Part shown: positions 12,626 to 26,774 of the stretch, piece after piece
How the letters are laid out: every line of letters begins with the position of its first letter
How positions within the stretch are numbered: position 1 is the first letter of the stretch
Assembly (NCBI RefSeq): GCF_006345805.1
Contig: NW_021834233.1
Coordinates: 1 to 64,000 of the forward strand
Length of the DNA stretch: 64,000 bases
Direction: 5' to 3'
Source: Octopus sinensis
Taxonomy: Eukaryota
Translations under genes and position numbers: made by a program
The notes under the pieces: model-generated
What the model was told of the DNA's origin: nothing
Seen by the model: only the letters and a program-made list of their open reading frames with translations
Database searches by the model: none

Positions 12626-13251
12626 CTATAATATCTATATATATTTATGACAGCGTATATGACGCAATCATGTGCTAAATATCTTCTTTATCTCTCTTAG
12701 ACAAGACGAAACTTGAACATATTCAAAGCGGTTTTAGAGATTGTAATGTTTCCCATCATTCACTAGTATATCACTATCTGAGGTCAAATTAATTATTGAA
12801 TTCTTTGTTAAACTGAAGGTTCTCTTCCTAAGATTTCGCTGGATGTAGTCATTGATATATATGCTTCAGACTTCCTAACCACATGGCTTCCTAACCACAT
12901 GGTTCTGGGTTCAGTCCCACAGTGTGGCACTTTGGGAAAGCGTCTTCTACTGTTGCCTCGGGTCGACCAAACCCTTGTGAGTGCATTTCATTGATAAAGA
13001 CTAAAAGAAGCACGTCGTGTGTGTGTTTGTGTCTGTATTGAATGGTGCTGCCCGGGTGTCGAAACCATAATGATATCCGTGATGCGGTCTCACATACACA
13101 CGGACGCGGACCTTTGGATCCCTACTACTTTATTATTTCCCCTTCTTCCTCGCTCTCCTGTCTGAACACCTATGTCTGGCCATCGCCATGACTGACCGTT
13201 AGCTACTAAAGCTTTCTTTTTTATTCTCTCTCTATTTATTTCATCGTGTTC

Positions 13252-13287
13252 CTTTCTGATGAAGAGCGTAGGCTCGAAATGTAAAAG
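13252..13287 (+). ncRNA. Minimal type I hammerhead motif (Penelope-like tail fragment ~13200-13372), one core-adjacent mutation
   Basis: CUUU-CUGAUGA-A-GAGC GUAG GCUC-GAAA-UGUA-AAAG. 4-bp stem I, 4-bp stem II; the palindromic stem III ACGU has become AUGU, consistent with a CpG transition. Confidence 0.6.
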
Positions 13288-13406
13288 ACTTTATCATCTT
13301 CCCGAGCGTTGAACTAATACACCTGTTAGTTGTTTACACACCTGTCTTCGTCTTTTATTTTTGATAAGTTCCAGCTACACACACACACATACACACACAC
13401 ACACAC

Positions 13407-13440
<34 letters not shown>

Positions 13441-13458
13441 TCATGTGTGTGTGTATGT

Positions 13459-13746
13459 GGAGGCGCAATGGCCCAGTGGTTAGTGCAGCGGACTCGCGGT
13501 CATAGTATCGTAGTTTCGATTCCCAGACCGGGCGTTTTGTTTATTGAGCTCCACGATGCTCCACGATGCTCCAGCAGTGGGTGGTGATCCCTGCTGTACT
13601 CTTTCACCACTCTTTCTCCCATTCTTCTTTCTGTTGGACTGCTCGCTTAGCCAGCGGGGTGACGTCATTCGAAGGCTAAAACAATGCGAAGCGCATTGTC
13701 ACCAGCAATGTGTAACAACATCTGATGGTCTGGTCGGTCACGCGAT

Positions 13747-13752
<6 letters not shown>
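13459..13752 (+). mobile_element. tRNA-headed SINE, family 2, tail type b
   Basis: Head GGAGGCGCAATGGCCCAGTGGTTAG..GGACTCGCGGTC..GTTTCGATTCCCAGACCGGGCG is shared with 14182, 36933, 47535 and 49002. The tail GCTTAGCCAGCGGGGTGACGTCATTCGAAGGC is unique to this copy in the window. Confidence 0.85.
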
Positions 13753-13791
<39 letters not shown>

Positions 13792-14181
13792 ACATGTATG
13801 TGTTTGTCCCCCCAACACCGCTTGACGACAGTTGTCTGTGTCTTTGCGTTCCAGTATCTGAGCGTTTCGATCAAATAAACCTACAAATATGAAACAGTGG
13901 GGGCGGGGGCAATACGTTTATCTAAAATTCTTCAAGGCGGTGCCCCAACATGGCTGCATTCTTCTGATTGAAACACTAAAAGAAAAGTAATAAAAACTAT
14001 CACAACGAGATTGCACATTTCTTAAAGTAATCCTAGATATTCTGAACGTCTTCTTCATCAATACAAGGTAAGACAACATTGGATTAAAAGTAATTTAACG
14101 CAGATTACGAGGCACTCAAAGCTCTCCTTCACGCCCCGGCACATCACTATCCTTGTTAGTTACGGCAATGATTGTTCTGGT

Positions 14182-14558
14182 GGAGGCGCAATGGCCCATT
14201 GGTTAGGGCAGCGGACTCGCGGTCATAGGATCGCGGTTTCGATTCCCAGAGTGGGTGTTGTGAGTGTTTATTGAGCGAAAACACCTAAAGCTCCACGAGG
14301 CTCCGGCAGGGGATGGTGGTGATCCCTTCTGTACTCTTTCACCACAACTTTCTCTCACTCTTATTTCCTGTTTCTGTTGTACCTGTATTTCAAAGGGCCG
14401 GCCTTGTCACTCTCTGTGTCACGCTGAATATCCCCGAGAACTACGTTAAGGGTAGACGTGTCTCTGGACGTTAATTTCACGTTAATTTCACGAGCAGGCT
14501 GTTCCGTTGATTCGGATCAACCGGAACCCTCATCGTTGTAACCGACGGAGTGCTTCCA
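14182..14558 (+). mobile_element. tRNA-headed SINE, family 2, tail type a, full length
   Basis: Family 2 head plus tail TGTATTTCAAAGGGCCGGCCTTGTCAC...TTAATTTCACGAGCAGGCTGTTCCGTTGA...GTAACCGACGGAGTGC, also seen at 36933 (-) and 54958 (+). Confidence 0.9.
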
Positions 14559-14560
14559 TA

Positions 14561-14800
14561 TCAACAGAACAGCCTGCTCGTGAAATTAACGTGCAATTGG
14601 CTGAGTATTCCACAGACACGTGTACCCTTAACGTAGTTCTCAGGCTACTGTGTATCACTCAGAATGCAGCAAGGCCGGTCATTTGAAATACTGGCCAAAC
14701 TCATTTTTACCAGGTGAGTGGAGTGGAGCAACGTGAAATAAAGTGCGTTGTTCAAGGACATGACGCGCGATCGGGAATCGAACTCGCGACCGTTAAGCGT
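14561..14800 (-). mobile_element. SINE family 4 (V-domain-like core) carrying tail type a
   Basis: Minus strand: GAGTTCGATTCCCG..GTCCTTGAACAACGCACTTTATTTCACGTTGCTCCACTCCACTCACCTGG, followed by the same tail as the family 2a copy it faces. Confidence 0.7.
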
Positions 14801-15038
14801 TTTGTCCGACGCGCTAACGATACCTCCAGCTCGTTGTTAATGAAAAGGATGATAATGATGGTGATGGTGGTGGTGGTGGTATTGGTGGTGATCATATTGA
14901 TGACGAAGCTGCTGCTGCTGATGATGATGATGATGACGACGACGACCACGACAATGAACATAAGGATGAGGATAAGGATGAGTGGGGAATATATCGGTCT
15001 TAAGTTTATCCTCAGCACATTAATATTTCGACACACCA

Positions 15039-16190
15039 CGGCGGCAAGCTGGTAGAGACGTTAGCACGCCGGGTGAAATGCTTAGCGGTATTTCGTCCGT
15101 CATCACGTTCTGAGTACAAATTCCGCCGAGGTCGAATTTGCCTTTCGTCATTTCGGGGTCGATAAATTAAGTACCAGTTACGCACTGGGGTCGATGTAAT
15201 CGACTTAATACCCATGTATGTCCTTGTTTGTCCCCTCAGTGTTTGGCCCCATGTGGGTAATAAAGAAATAGGTATTTCGTGCGTCATCACGTTCTGAGTT
15301 CAAATTCCGCCGAGGTCGACTTTGCCTTTCATCCTTTCGGGGTCGATAAATTAAGTACTAGTTACGCCCTGGGGTCGATATAATCGACTTAATCCGTTTG
15401 ACTGTCCTTGTTTGTCCTCTCTGTGTTTAGCCCCTTGTGGGTAGTAAAGAAATAGAAATAGGTATTTCGTCCGTCATCACGTTCCGAGTACAAATTTCGC
15501 CGAGGTCGACTTTGCCTTTCGTCAATTGGGAATCGATAAATTAAGTATACACGTTTGAAACGCGGCGAGCTGGCAGAGACGTTAGCACGCCGGACGAAAT
15601 GCGTAGCCGTATTTCGCCTGCCGTTACGTTCTGAGTTCAAATTCCGCCGAGTCGACTTTGCCTTTCATCCTTTCGGGATCTATAAATTAAGTACCAGGTA
15701 CGCTCTGGGGTCGATGTAATCGACTTAATCTGTTTGTCTGTCCTTGTTTGTCCCCTCCATGTTTAGCCCCTTGTGGGCAGTAAAGAAATAAGAAACGTTA
15801 GCACCCCGGGCGAAATGCTTAGCGGTATTTCGTCCGTCATCACGTCCTGAGTACAAATTCCGCCGAGGTCGACTTTGCCTTTCATCCTTTCGGGGTCGAT
15901 AAATTAAGAACCAGTTACGCACTGGGGTCGATATAATCGACTTAATCCGTTTGTCTTTCCTTGTTTGTCCTCTCTGTGTTTAGCCCCTTGTGGGCAGTAA
16001 AGAAATAAGAAACGTTAGCACGCCGGGCGAAATGCTTATCAGTACTTCGTCTGTCATCACGTTCTGAGTTGAAATTCCGCCTAGATCGAGTTTGCTTTTC
16101 GTCCTTTCGGGATCGATAAATAAAGTACCAGCCACCTCCCCCCAAAATTTCGGCCTGCTGCCTAGAGTCGAAAAGAATATTAGGACACAT
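15039..16190 (+). mobile_element. Head-to-tail array of ~6 units of tRNA-headed SINE family 3
   Basis: Repeated GAGTTCAAATTCCGCCGAGGTCGACTTTGCCTTTCATCCTTTCGGGGTCGATAAATTAAGTACCAG...AGCCCCTTGTGGGTAGTAAAGAAATA. Full heads at 15039 and 15562; the last unit ends in an alternative CCCCCCAAAATTTCGGCC tail. Confidence 0.9.
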
Positions 16191-16720
16191 TATATTATGC
16201 CGTCATAAACTGTCATGAACTGTGAAGTCCAAATATCCTCCAAAAAATGTAATTATCTTGGAAGCTGAACATATTATATTGAACAGTTAAAAATAATACT
16301 TTTGTGAATAATATCACCCGATGATCAACATATTGTATTATATTATATTTATTATATATATTGCATGAGATTGAAATGATGCATATTCTATAGGGAGCAT
16401 TGAAGCTGAGAAATAGTAACCAAATATATTTAAATTTTACCAAAATATCTTAAATAAGGACAAGATATATATAGCATAATGTACTGCTATATTCACATAT
16501 AGGAGGGGAAAAATTATATTGAATGTATTGGAATAGCTACAATCATACGTCATCTAGTTCAGGGCAGATCAGATGCTTAACGCTAAATTGGTCGTCGTCG
16601 TCGTCGTGGTTATTGTCATTGGCATCGTCGTCGTCGTCATCATCATGATTGTGATCGTCGAGTTCGACGTCAACATTATTATGATCATCATCGTTGTCGA
16701 GTCGTCGTCATCGTCATCAT

Positions 16721-17062
<342 letters not shown>

Positions 17063-17216
17063 GGAAGATAGATACATAAATAGATAGATAGAGACAGAGA
17101 GAGAGACAGAGACACAGACAGACAGATAAATAGAGGGATAACTAGATAGATAAATAGATATATAGATAGTTAGATATATAGATAGATAGATAGAAAGATA
17201 TATAGATATATAATAA

Positions 17217-17999
17217 GGCGGTGACCTGGCAGAACCGTTAGCACGTCGGGCGAGATGCTTGGTGATATTTCGTCTGCCGCTACATTCTGAGTTCAAATTC
17301 TGCCGAGGTCAACTTTGCTTTCCATCATTTCGGGGTCGATTAAATAAGTACCAGTTACGCACTGGGGTCGATATAATCGACTTAATCCGTTTGTCTGTCC
17401 TTGTTTGTCCTCACTATGTTTAGCCCCTTGTGGGTAATAAAGAAATATGTATTTCTTCTGCTGTTACGTTCTGAGTTCAAATTCTGCCGCGGTCGAATTT
17501 GCCTTTCATCCTTTCGGGGTCGATTAAATAAGTACTAGTTACGCATTGAGGTCGATATGATCGACTTAATCCGTTTGTCTTTCCTAGTTTGTCCTCTCTA
17601 TGTTTAGCCCCTTGTGGGTAATAAAGAAATAGGTATTTCGTCTGCTGTTACGTTCTGAGTTCAAATTCCACCGCGGTAGAATTTGCCTTTCATCCTTTCG
17701 GGGTCGATTAAATAAGTACTAGATACGCATTGAGGTCGATATAATCGACTTAATCCGTTTGTCTGTCCTTGTTTGTCCCTTCTGTGTATAGCCCCTTGTG
17801 GGTAGTAAAGAAATAAGTATTTCGTCGGGCGCGACGCTCTGAGTTCTAATCCCGCCGAGGTCGATTTTACCTTTCATTCTTTCGTGGTCGATTAAATAAG
17901 TACCAGTTACGCACTGAGGTCAATATAATCGACTTAATCCGTTTGTCTGTCCTTGTTTGTCCCTTCTTTGTGTAGCCCCTTGTGGGCAGTAAGGAAATA
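17217..17999 (+). mobile_element. Tetramer of SINE family 3
   Basis: One full head at 17217, then units restarting at 17448, 17632 and 17817 (period ~184-185) after AAAGAAATA. Confidence 0.9.
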
Positions 18000-18276
18000 A
18001 GATATATCGATATTTAGTAGTTGTCAACATCATTATCATCGTACGTATCGTTAGTATCGTCATTAGTATTCATCGTTGTCGTCAACAACAACAACAACAA
18101 CGACGACGGCAATGCAACAACGACAACTGCAATAACAACAACAACAACAACAACTTGATGAACTGTAGCATGAGGAGCATCATTCACGGCAGGCGGTAGT
18201 AGCATCAGCATCGGCATCAGCAGTAGCAGCACCAGCAGGAGTAGTACCACCATCATCGTCATCATCATCATCATTG

Positions 18277-18323
<47 letters not shown>

Positions 18324-18594
18324 AACAGCAGCAGCAGTGGCGTTGACGACGACGTAAATAATGTTAAATATCCTTCTATAGATGGACCAAATAAATACCT
18401 AGTTTTGTAAACAAAGGAAACTAAAATGGCGGATAAGTCAGACATCGGTGTCCGGATTTCTCTCACTGACATCATGTGTTCTTTTTTAATTCTTATTTTT
18501 CCAATATCAAATTGATTTTGTGTTGCATATGAGACAACAGTATATCTAAGAGTTAGCGTTACTTCTTGGCGATAAATAATAAATGGTGAAGATG

Positions 18595-18619
18595 CGTATA
18601 TATATACATGCATACATTC

Positions 18620-18652
<33 letters not shown>

Positions 18653-18800
18653 CTATATATATATATATATATATATATGTATTATATATATATATATTAG
18701 ATATAATAAAATATATATATATGTATATACATATATATCATACATACACAATTATATACATATATATATATCGACATAAATATATCTATAATATATATAC

Positions 18801-18837
<37 letters not shown>

Positions 18838-19022
18838 TGTATACGTATATATATATATGTATGCATATATATACATACATAATTATAAGTATTCATATAA
18901 ACACACACACCATATTAACATATATATATATATATAGATATGTATATATATATATGAATGTATTTATATACGCACACACACCACACACATATGTATACAC
19001 GTCACGTAAATATGCATATATG

Positions 19023-19056
<34 letters not shown>

Positions 19057-19339
19057 CTGCAAGAAAGAGAGAAAGAGAGAGAGAGAGAAAGAGAGGGAGA
19101 CAGTGATCGAAGGAGAAAGAGAGAGAAGTGAGAGAGTATTACTCACGCACAAACCACACATATGCGTACTCAGCGTGATTCTCTCTACATATCATTAATA
19201 ATCTTATGTGTTTTTTTTTAACGATTCTGTGTATCTATTGCGTATATGTGAGCGAAGGACATAACTTTACACAGGTATATAGGTAAGATAGATGGACAGA
19301 CAGATAGGTAAATAGATAGATAGATGGATAGATAGATAG

Positions 19340-19385
<46 letters not shown>

Positions 19386-19534
19386 AGAGAGAGACAGACA
19401 GACAGACACACAGATAGATATATAGATAGATAGATAGATAGATCAGATTGATAGATAGATAGATAGACAGAGAGACAGACAGACAGATAGATAGACAGAG
19501 AGACAGACAGACAGACAGATAGATAGATAGATAG

Positions 19535-19572
<38 letters not shown>

Positions 19573-19618
19573 TATAGATAGATAGACAGATAGATAGATA
19601 GAGAAGATAGATAGATAA

Positions 19619-19661
<43 letters not shown>

Positions 19662-19742
19662 GTATATAGTTAGATAGATAGATAGATTGATAGATAGATA
19701 GAAAGATAGATAGATAGATAGATAGAGAAGATAGATAGATAA

Positions 19743-19783
<41 letters not shown>

Positions 19784-19821
19784 GTATATAGTTAGATAGA
19801 TAGATAGATTGATAGATAGAT

Positions 19822-19852
<31 letters not shown>

Positions 19853-20546
19853 AGATAGATAGATAACATAGATGGATAGTTAGATAGATAGGCAAGATAG
19901 ATAGATAAGATAGACAGAGAGAGATAAAGAGATAGAGAGAGAAAGAAAGAAAGAGAGAGAAAGAATGAGTGAGAGAGAGTTGGTAGTTGAGACAAAGAGT
20001 GAAAACGTATTTAACTTTACGGTTGGTCGTGGAAGAAAGCCTCTTTCGAATATGCACAGAATATCGTGAAAACAGCTGATACAAGGGACGCAACTGATAT
20101 TGGTTTAGCTACAGTAAAAAATAGTTCTCTTAATTAATTGAATAGAGTTTTATGATAGATTTTCGGGGGGAAAAAAATAGGCGTCTCCATGGATACCAAA
20201 ATAAATAGATCAATAAAAAATTTGAAAACAAAAAGAAATTATAATGATAAATAAAATAAAAATAAAAGACAAACAAATGAGATAAAATAATATAAACAAA
20301 CAGGTGAATGTCTCAATTTGCTTACAACTATCTCTCAATTTTTGTTTAGATATGTATGGATATATGTACGTATCTGTCTGTCTGTTTACCTATCAATCTA
20401 TTTATCTACCTACCTACGTCGTACATATCTACGTACGTACGTACTTATCTACTTACTTAACTACCTACCTACCTACCTACCTACCTACCTACCTACCTAA
20501 CTACCTGTCTACCTATCTACCTACCTACCTACCTACCTACCTACCA

Positions 20547-20579
<33 letters not shown>

Positions 20580-20719
20580 CCGATCTACCTACCGACCTAC
20601 CTATCTACTTACCTACCTACCTACCTACTTAACTACCTACCTACCTACCTACCTACCTATCTACCTGTCTATCTACCTGTCTATCAATCAATCAAACTAT
20701 GTATGTATGTATGTATCTA

Positions 20720-20779
<60 letters not shown>

Positions 20780-20935
20780 CCTGTCTGTCTGTCTGTCTCT
20801 GTCAACCTATTTATCTATCTATGTATCTATCTACTTATCTCTCTCTCTTTCTTTCATTTTCTCTCTCTCTGTGTCTTTCTCTCTATCTATTTATGTCTCT
20901 CTCACTTTCTCTCTCTCTCTCTCCCTCTCTCTTTC
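18595..20935. repeat. TA, GA, GATA and CTAC microsatellite mosaic
   Basis: Directly visible; includes a 124-bp higher-order duplication at 19601-19848. Confidence 0.9.
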
Positions 20936-21172
20936 TGTCTTAGCCCGTCTGTCTATTTATGTGTATGTGTCTGTGTACGTATGTATGCATATATTCACGC
21001 CACAAAACACTCGGAGAAATAGTCATTGAGTTCTAAATACTTGTAAATCCGCGAAAATTCTTACTGTTTCCCTCGTTGATGAAGAGGATGATGATGATGA
21101 TGATGATGGTCGAGGATTATCAGAATTATTAGGATCTCGTTAACAGTAATACTTGCCGTGAGGAAGACGATG
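20933..21172. repeat. Right arm of the dispersed inverted repeat (partner 16721-16960)
   Basis: CTCGGAGAAATAGTCATTGAGTT...GGTCGAGGATTATCAGAATTATTAGGATCTCGTTAACAGTAATACTTGCCGTGAGG. Confidence 0.85.
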
Positions 21173-21263
21173 TGGATGACAACGACGACGACGACGATGA
21201 CGAGGACGATGACGACGACAACAGCTAAGATAACGTGGGCGAAGTTGGCGATGTTGAAGACCA

Positions 21264-21537
21264 ACAATGATGATGATGGCAATGATGGTGATGGTGATGA
21301 TGATAATGGTGACGATGATGATTAGGATGATGGTGATAATAATAATGATGATGATGATGATGATGACGATGATGATGATGATGACGATTAGGATGATGAC
21401 GATTAGGATGATGATGATGATGATTAGGATGATGATGATGATGAGGATGATGATTAGGATGATGATGATTGTGATGATGATGATGATGTTGATGATGATG
21501 ATGATTAGGATGATGATGATGATGATGATGATGATTG

Positions 21538-21569
<32 letters not shown>

Positions 21570-21734
21570 AAGATGATGATTAGGATGATGATGATGATGA
21601 TTAGGATGATGATTAGTATGATGATGATGATGATGATGACGATTAGTATAATGATGATGATGATGATGATGATGATGATTAGGATGATGATTAGTATGAT
21701 GATGATGATGATGATGATTATGACGATTAGTATA

Positions 21735-21771
<37 letters not shown>

Positions 21772-22082
21772 CGACGACGATGATTAGTATAATGATGATG
21801 ATGTTGATAGTGATCCTTTTGTAATTCTGGATGAACTTGAACTTTACGACTTACGTATAATTAAAATTATCGCGCGAACGGTCCCCATTCTGTATAACCG
21901 AAGTACCACGACGACGGCGTTGATACCGATGGGGATTATGACGATGACGGTGATAGTGATGACGATCGGACAGACTGCCGCCCCAACTGATGATGGCGAG
22001 GAAGACGTCGATGAAGATGGGGACGACTGTGGATGATTATCCTGATGATGATGATGGCGATGACAACGATGATGATGATGAC

Positions 22083-22113
<31 letters not shown>

Positions 22114-22320
22114 TTGATGATGATGATGATGATGATGACGATGACGATGTTGATGATGATGACGACGATCAATGACGACTATTACGATGATGATGATGAC
22201 GACGATGAGGATGACGATGACGACAATGATGTTGACGACAATGATGATGAAGATGGTGACGATGATGATGATGATGACGATGACGATGATGTTTATGATG
22301 GTGATAGTGATTCTGCTGAT
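21264..22320. repeat. ~1-kb (GAT)n/(GAC)n array with recurrent ATTAGG/ATTAGT interruptions
   Basis: Directly visible; generates the poly-M/D/H/I ORFs. Confidence 0.95.
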
Positions 22321-23000
22321 AGCGACAATAATTGATGTTTGCATAAAACCTATCAGCATCTTAAGTGTTGCGTGGTGAAATTCATCAGCACAATTCGTAG
22401 AATCATTACCACAACCTCCGCCACCAGTACTAGAAGCACCAGCAGCCCGAGAACCACCAACACTACTACCACCACGACCACCACCACTACTAATAGCACG
22501 GGCTTCACTAGCTCCACCAGTATCATCATCAGCATCACCCTCAGTACCCTAATCAATCTAACGTCGGCTAATCCAATCTCACCGGCTCTCATATCGGAAC
22601 TTGCTCTACCGAAACACACAGGTGTAGATACTTAAATTCCCAATACCGACTACCCAACCTTTCAAGCCTTCACGACTACCACGACTACCACCACAACCAC
22701 TACCACGATCGTCACCAACATCGACATAAAGAGCAGATCAGGTTCCCGCGATACAGACAAATTCTTCTAAGTGAACATATAGAGAAATGTGCAGGTAACA
22801 TCAAACCAAATTTCAGAGTCTCTTCCTTCTACCAGTGCAAAGATACAATTTCTCTACAAGAACATCTAAATAAAGAAACTTTTTTCATCGAAAAATACAG
22901 AACACATCTAAAAATACACGCATAACCAAATTTGAATATCTTTAATTTACGATTACATCACTGTACATATATCTCACCACTAAACTAGTTTTCGAACTTT

Positions 23001-23070
<70 letters not shown>

Positions 23071-23389
23071 TTCCCAACCGCTACTGAAAACTGAAGGTTA
23101 TCTCCATTGCGCACAATAATAAAGATACCCAATAACCTCCCCTTAGTTTTTCTACTGTTTTTATCACTCACTAGAAAATATCACACACAACTTGGACCAA
23201 AAGAAGTTCTTTAAGAAAATAAGTATTTAAATACGTATTTAAATTAATGTCATGAATAGCAAGAGCGAAACCGGTCGATATGCTAAAAATCATATTGAAA
23301 CTATGTAAAGTGTGTGCTTTTGCCGTCTTTAATTTCTTATATGTATTGCAACCCACTATGTAGAGGTAATCGAAATCCTCCTTTTCTAC

Positions 23390-23429
<40 letters not shown>

Positions 23430-23819
23430 GTGTATATATATATGTATGTATGTATGTAGGTGTGCTTATATATATATATATGTATATGTAGTATGTATGT
23501 ATGTATGTATGTATGTATATATATACATACACAGACATACGTACATACGTATATACATATACCCATACAAGGAGAATTCCGTTAGGAACGTAGCAGAGTA
23601 CAAAATAGAAATCTTTCAGCCTTAGAAATTGCTAAATAGCCTGTAATATACCAGATCTAGGCTTAGGCATTCATCGTCTGTGAAAAATATATACATACAT
23701 ATATCGTAAATTTGCCTTCTTAGCTTTACTCACGATGTTTGAATAAAATACTGTGTTGTCGCCGTTGGAACGTCTTCCGTCATCGATTTCCAACGTAAGA
23801 TCTGACCTCAATATCAACA

Positions 23820-24470
<651 letters not shown>

Positions 24471-24593
24471 CAACGCTAACAACTACAGCAGCCCCATCGC
24501 CAAAAAAAAAACGTTACTTCGTCGAAGAAACTCCAACACAGCCGCTATTAAAGCCACTACAATTACCACACACCGCTACAGCTATATATATAT

Positions 24594-24645
<52 letters not shown>

Positions 24646-25229
24646 CCTGATCTACTCACGCAAACAAACACACACATCTGCAATGCACGGAGGCACACAG
24701 ACACACACACACCTACACACACACACACACGCATACACTCATACATACAGTAAGTCATACACGCACATGAAGAGAAGAGTGATTAAACGCACCTACTAGA
24801 GAGACCTACTCGAATACTCGTACCACATACATTATGCAAAGAGAAACAAAAAAAAAAACACAAAGCCACAAAATCTAACACACACACAGGCACACATACA
24901 CACACGTTCATCCACGTGACACTGGCTGTCACACGGGAATCAGAGCTAAAACTGACCAATCACAACCTTTCTCAACCTTTCAGTTTATTTCAACTCTTCT
25001 CTGTCGATTTCTTTTTCTCTCTTTTCTTCTGCTTCCGACCAAACCTACCCTGCTCTCCATCTCTCATAATCTCATTGCAAATATATCTTTCTTTACACTT
25101 CAGACTCTCCCTCTGTTCATCCATCTTGTAAGATTCACTGTGTATATATTCTTTTATAAATCTTTTTCATGTGTTTTCTTGTTTATGAGCAATTTTGTTT
25201 TTTACTTCTTTCAGCACGTTTTCTATAAC

Positions 25230-25242
25230 ATTTTTATCTATG

Positions 25243-25327
<85 letters not shown>

Positions 25328-25521
25328 ATCTATCTGTATATCTATTTATCTATCCATCTATGTCTACCTACTTAATTATTCATTTACCCCCCCCCCCTCT
25401 CTCTCTCTATATATATATATATATCTACCTACCTATCTACTTACCTACCTACTTACATACCTACCTACCCACCTACCTACCGGTATATATATATGTATGA
25501 ATGCATCTGTCTATCTCTGTC

Positions 25522-25589
<68 letters not shown>

Positions 25590-26315
25590 ACTACGTGTCT
25601 ATCTCTATCTATTTACCCCCATACATACGTTCATACAAACACGCGTTCATACCAATTCGCCCACCTATACACCTACATACAAAACTATCTGCCTGCCTAT
25701 CAGCCTACTTGCCTACGTAACTTCCTACGTACGTACGTACTTATCTACCTACCTATACCTACATACCTACCTACCTACCTACCTACCTACCTACCTACCT
25801 ACCTACCTACCTACCTACCATCCTATCTACCTACCTACCTACCTACCTAACTACCTACCTACCTACATACGTTCATACATGCATCCGCTCATACCAGCGT
25901 ACACTCGTATCATTCCTAACGACATACCTTCATATCCATATATCTTATAGAGATAGTGAGTAGTTAGCAAGAATCAGCAGACCGTCAGACCAATATCGAC
26001 CGTCCAGTTTATGAGTTGAAATCTCGGTGGCATCAACTTTGTCTTCTTTCAGTCTCTTAGGTGAGAGGGTTGGCTTAAAATAAGTGCCAAAGAAAAACAC
26101 ACACTTACTCACACACACATACACACATACACACGCACACAAAAAACCCCCCGGAAAATAAAGTAAAATATAGTAAATAAAATATATCTCACACTGAAGC
26201 GTCCATACGCACGCATCAAGCCAACCAAAAAACGCAACGCTATAAAAAAAAAAGAGACAAAAAACGTCTCTGATTCATTCGCTTTCTTTCTTTCCTCTCT
26301 TAATCATCTCTTGTT

Positions 26316-26360
<45 letters not shown>

Positions 26361-26742
26361 ATATATAGATATATATAGATATATATACACTATATATATA
26401 CATATATATATACATATATAATATATATAATATATATATATATATATACATCATAGATATACATACACATATATATATACATATATATATACATATATAT
26501 ATATTATACATACATATGTACATATATATACATATTATATATATGTATACATACATATATATATATACATATATACATATATACCTATAATATACATATA
26601 TATATATATATATATTATATCAAATATATATGTACATGCGAATATTTATATATACGCACACAATTATGTGTACATACATAGACACATGCACGCAAATATA
26701 TATATCTATATATATATATATGTATATATATATGTATGTATG

Positions 26743-26774
<32 letters not shown>

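Larger units (their letters stand above)
12868..13985 (+). mobile_element. Family 1 SINE split by nested insertions
   Basis: Head half 12868-13025 (CTTCCTAACCACATGGTTCTGGGTTCAGTCCC...AAGAAGCACGTCG) and tail half 13795-13985 (TGTTTGTCCCCCCAACACCGCTTGAC...GGCGGTGCCCCAACATGG). A Penelope-like tail and a family 2 SINE lie between them. Confidence 0.7.

Noticed and set aside
18424-18436. AAAATGGCGG (YY1-like or start-codon context)
   Set aside because: A single short motif; the following frame closes after 29 codons with no donor.
22339-22770. Mucin-like Thr/Ser-rich frames
   Set aside because: Derived from ACC/ACT/AGC trinucleotide runs continuous with the neighbouring microsatellite field; no exon boundaries.
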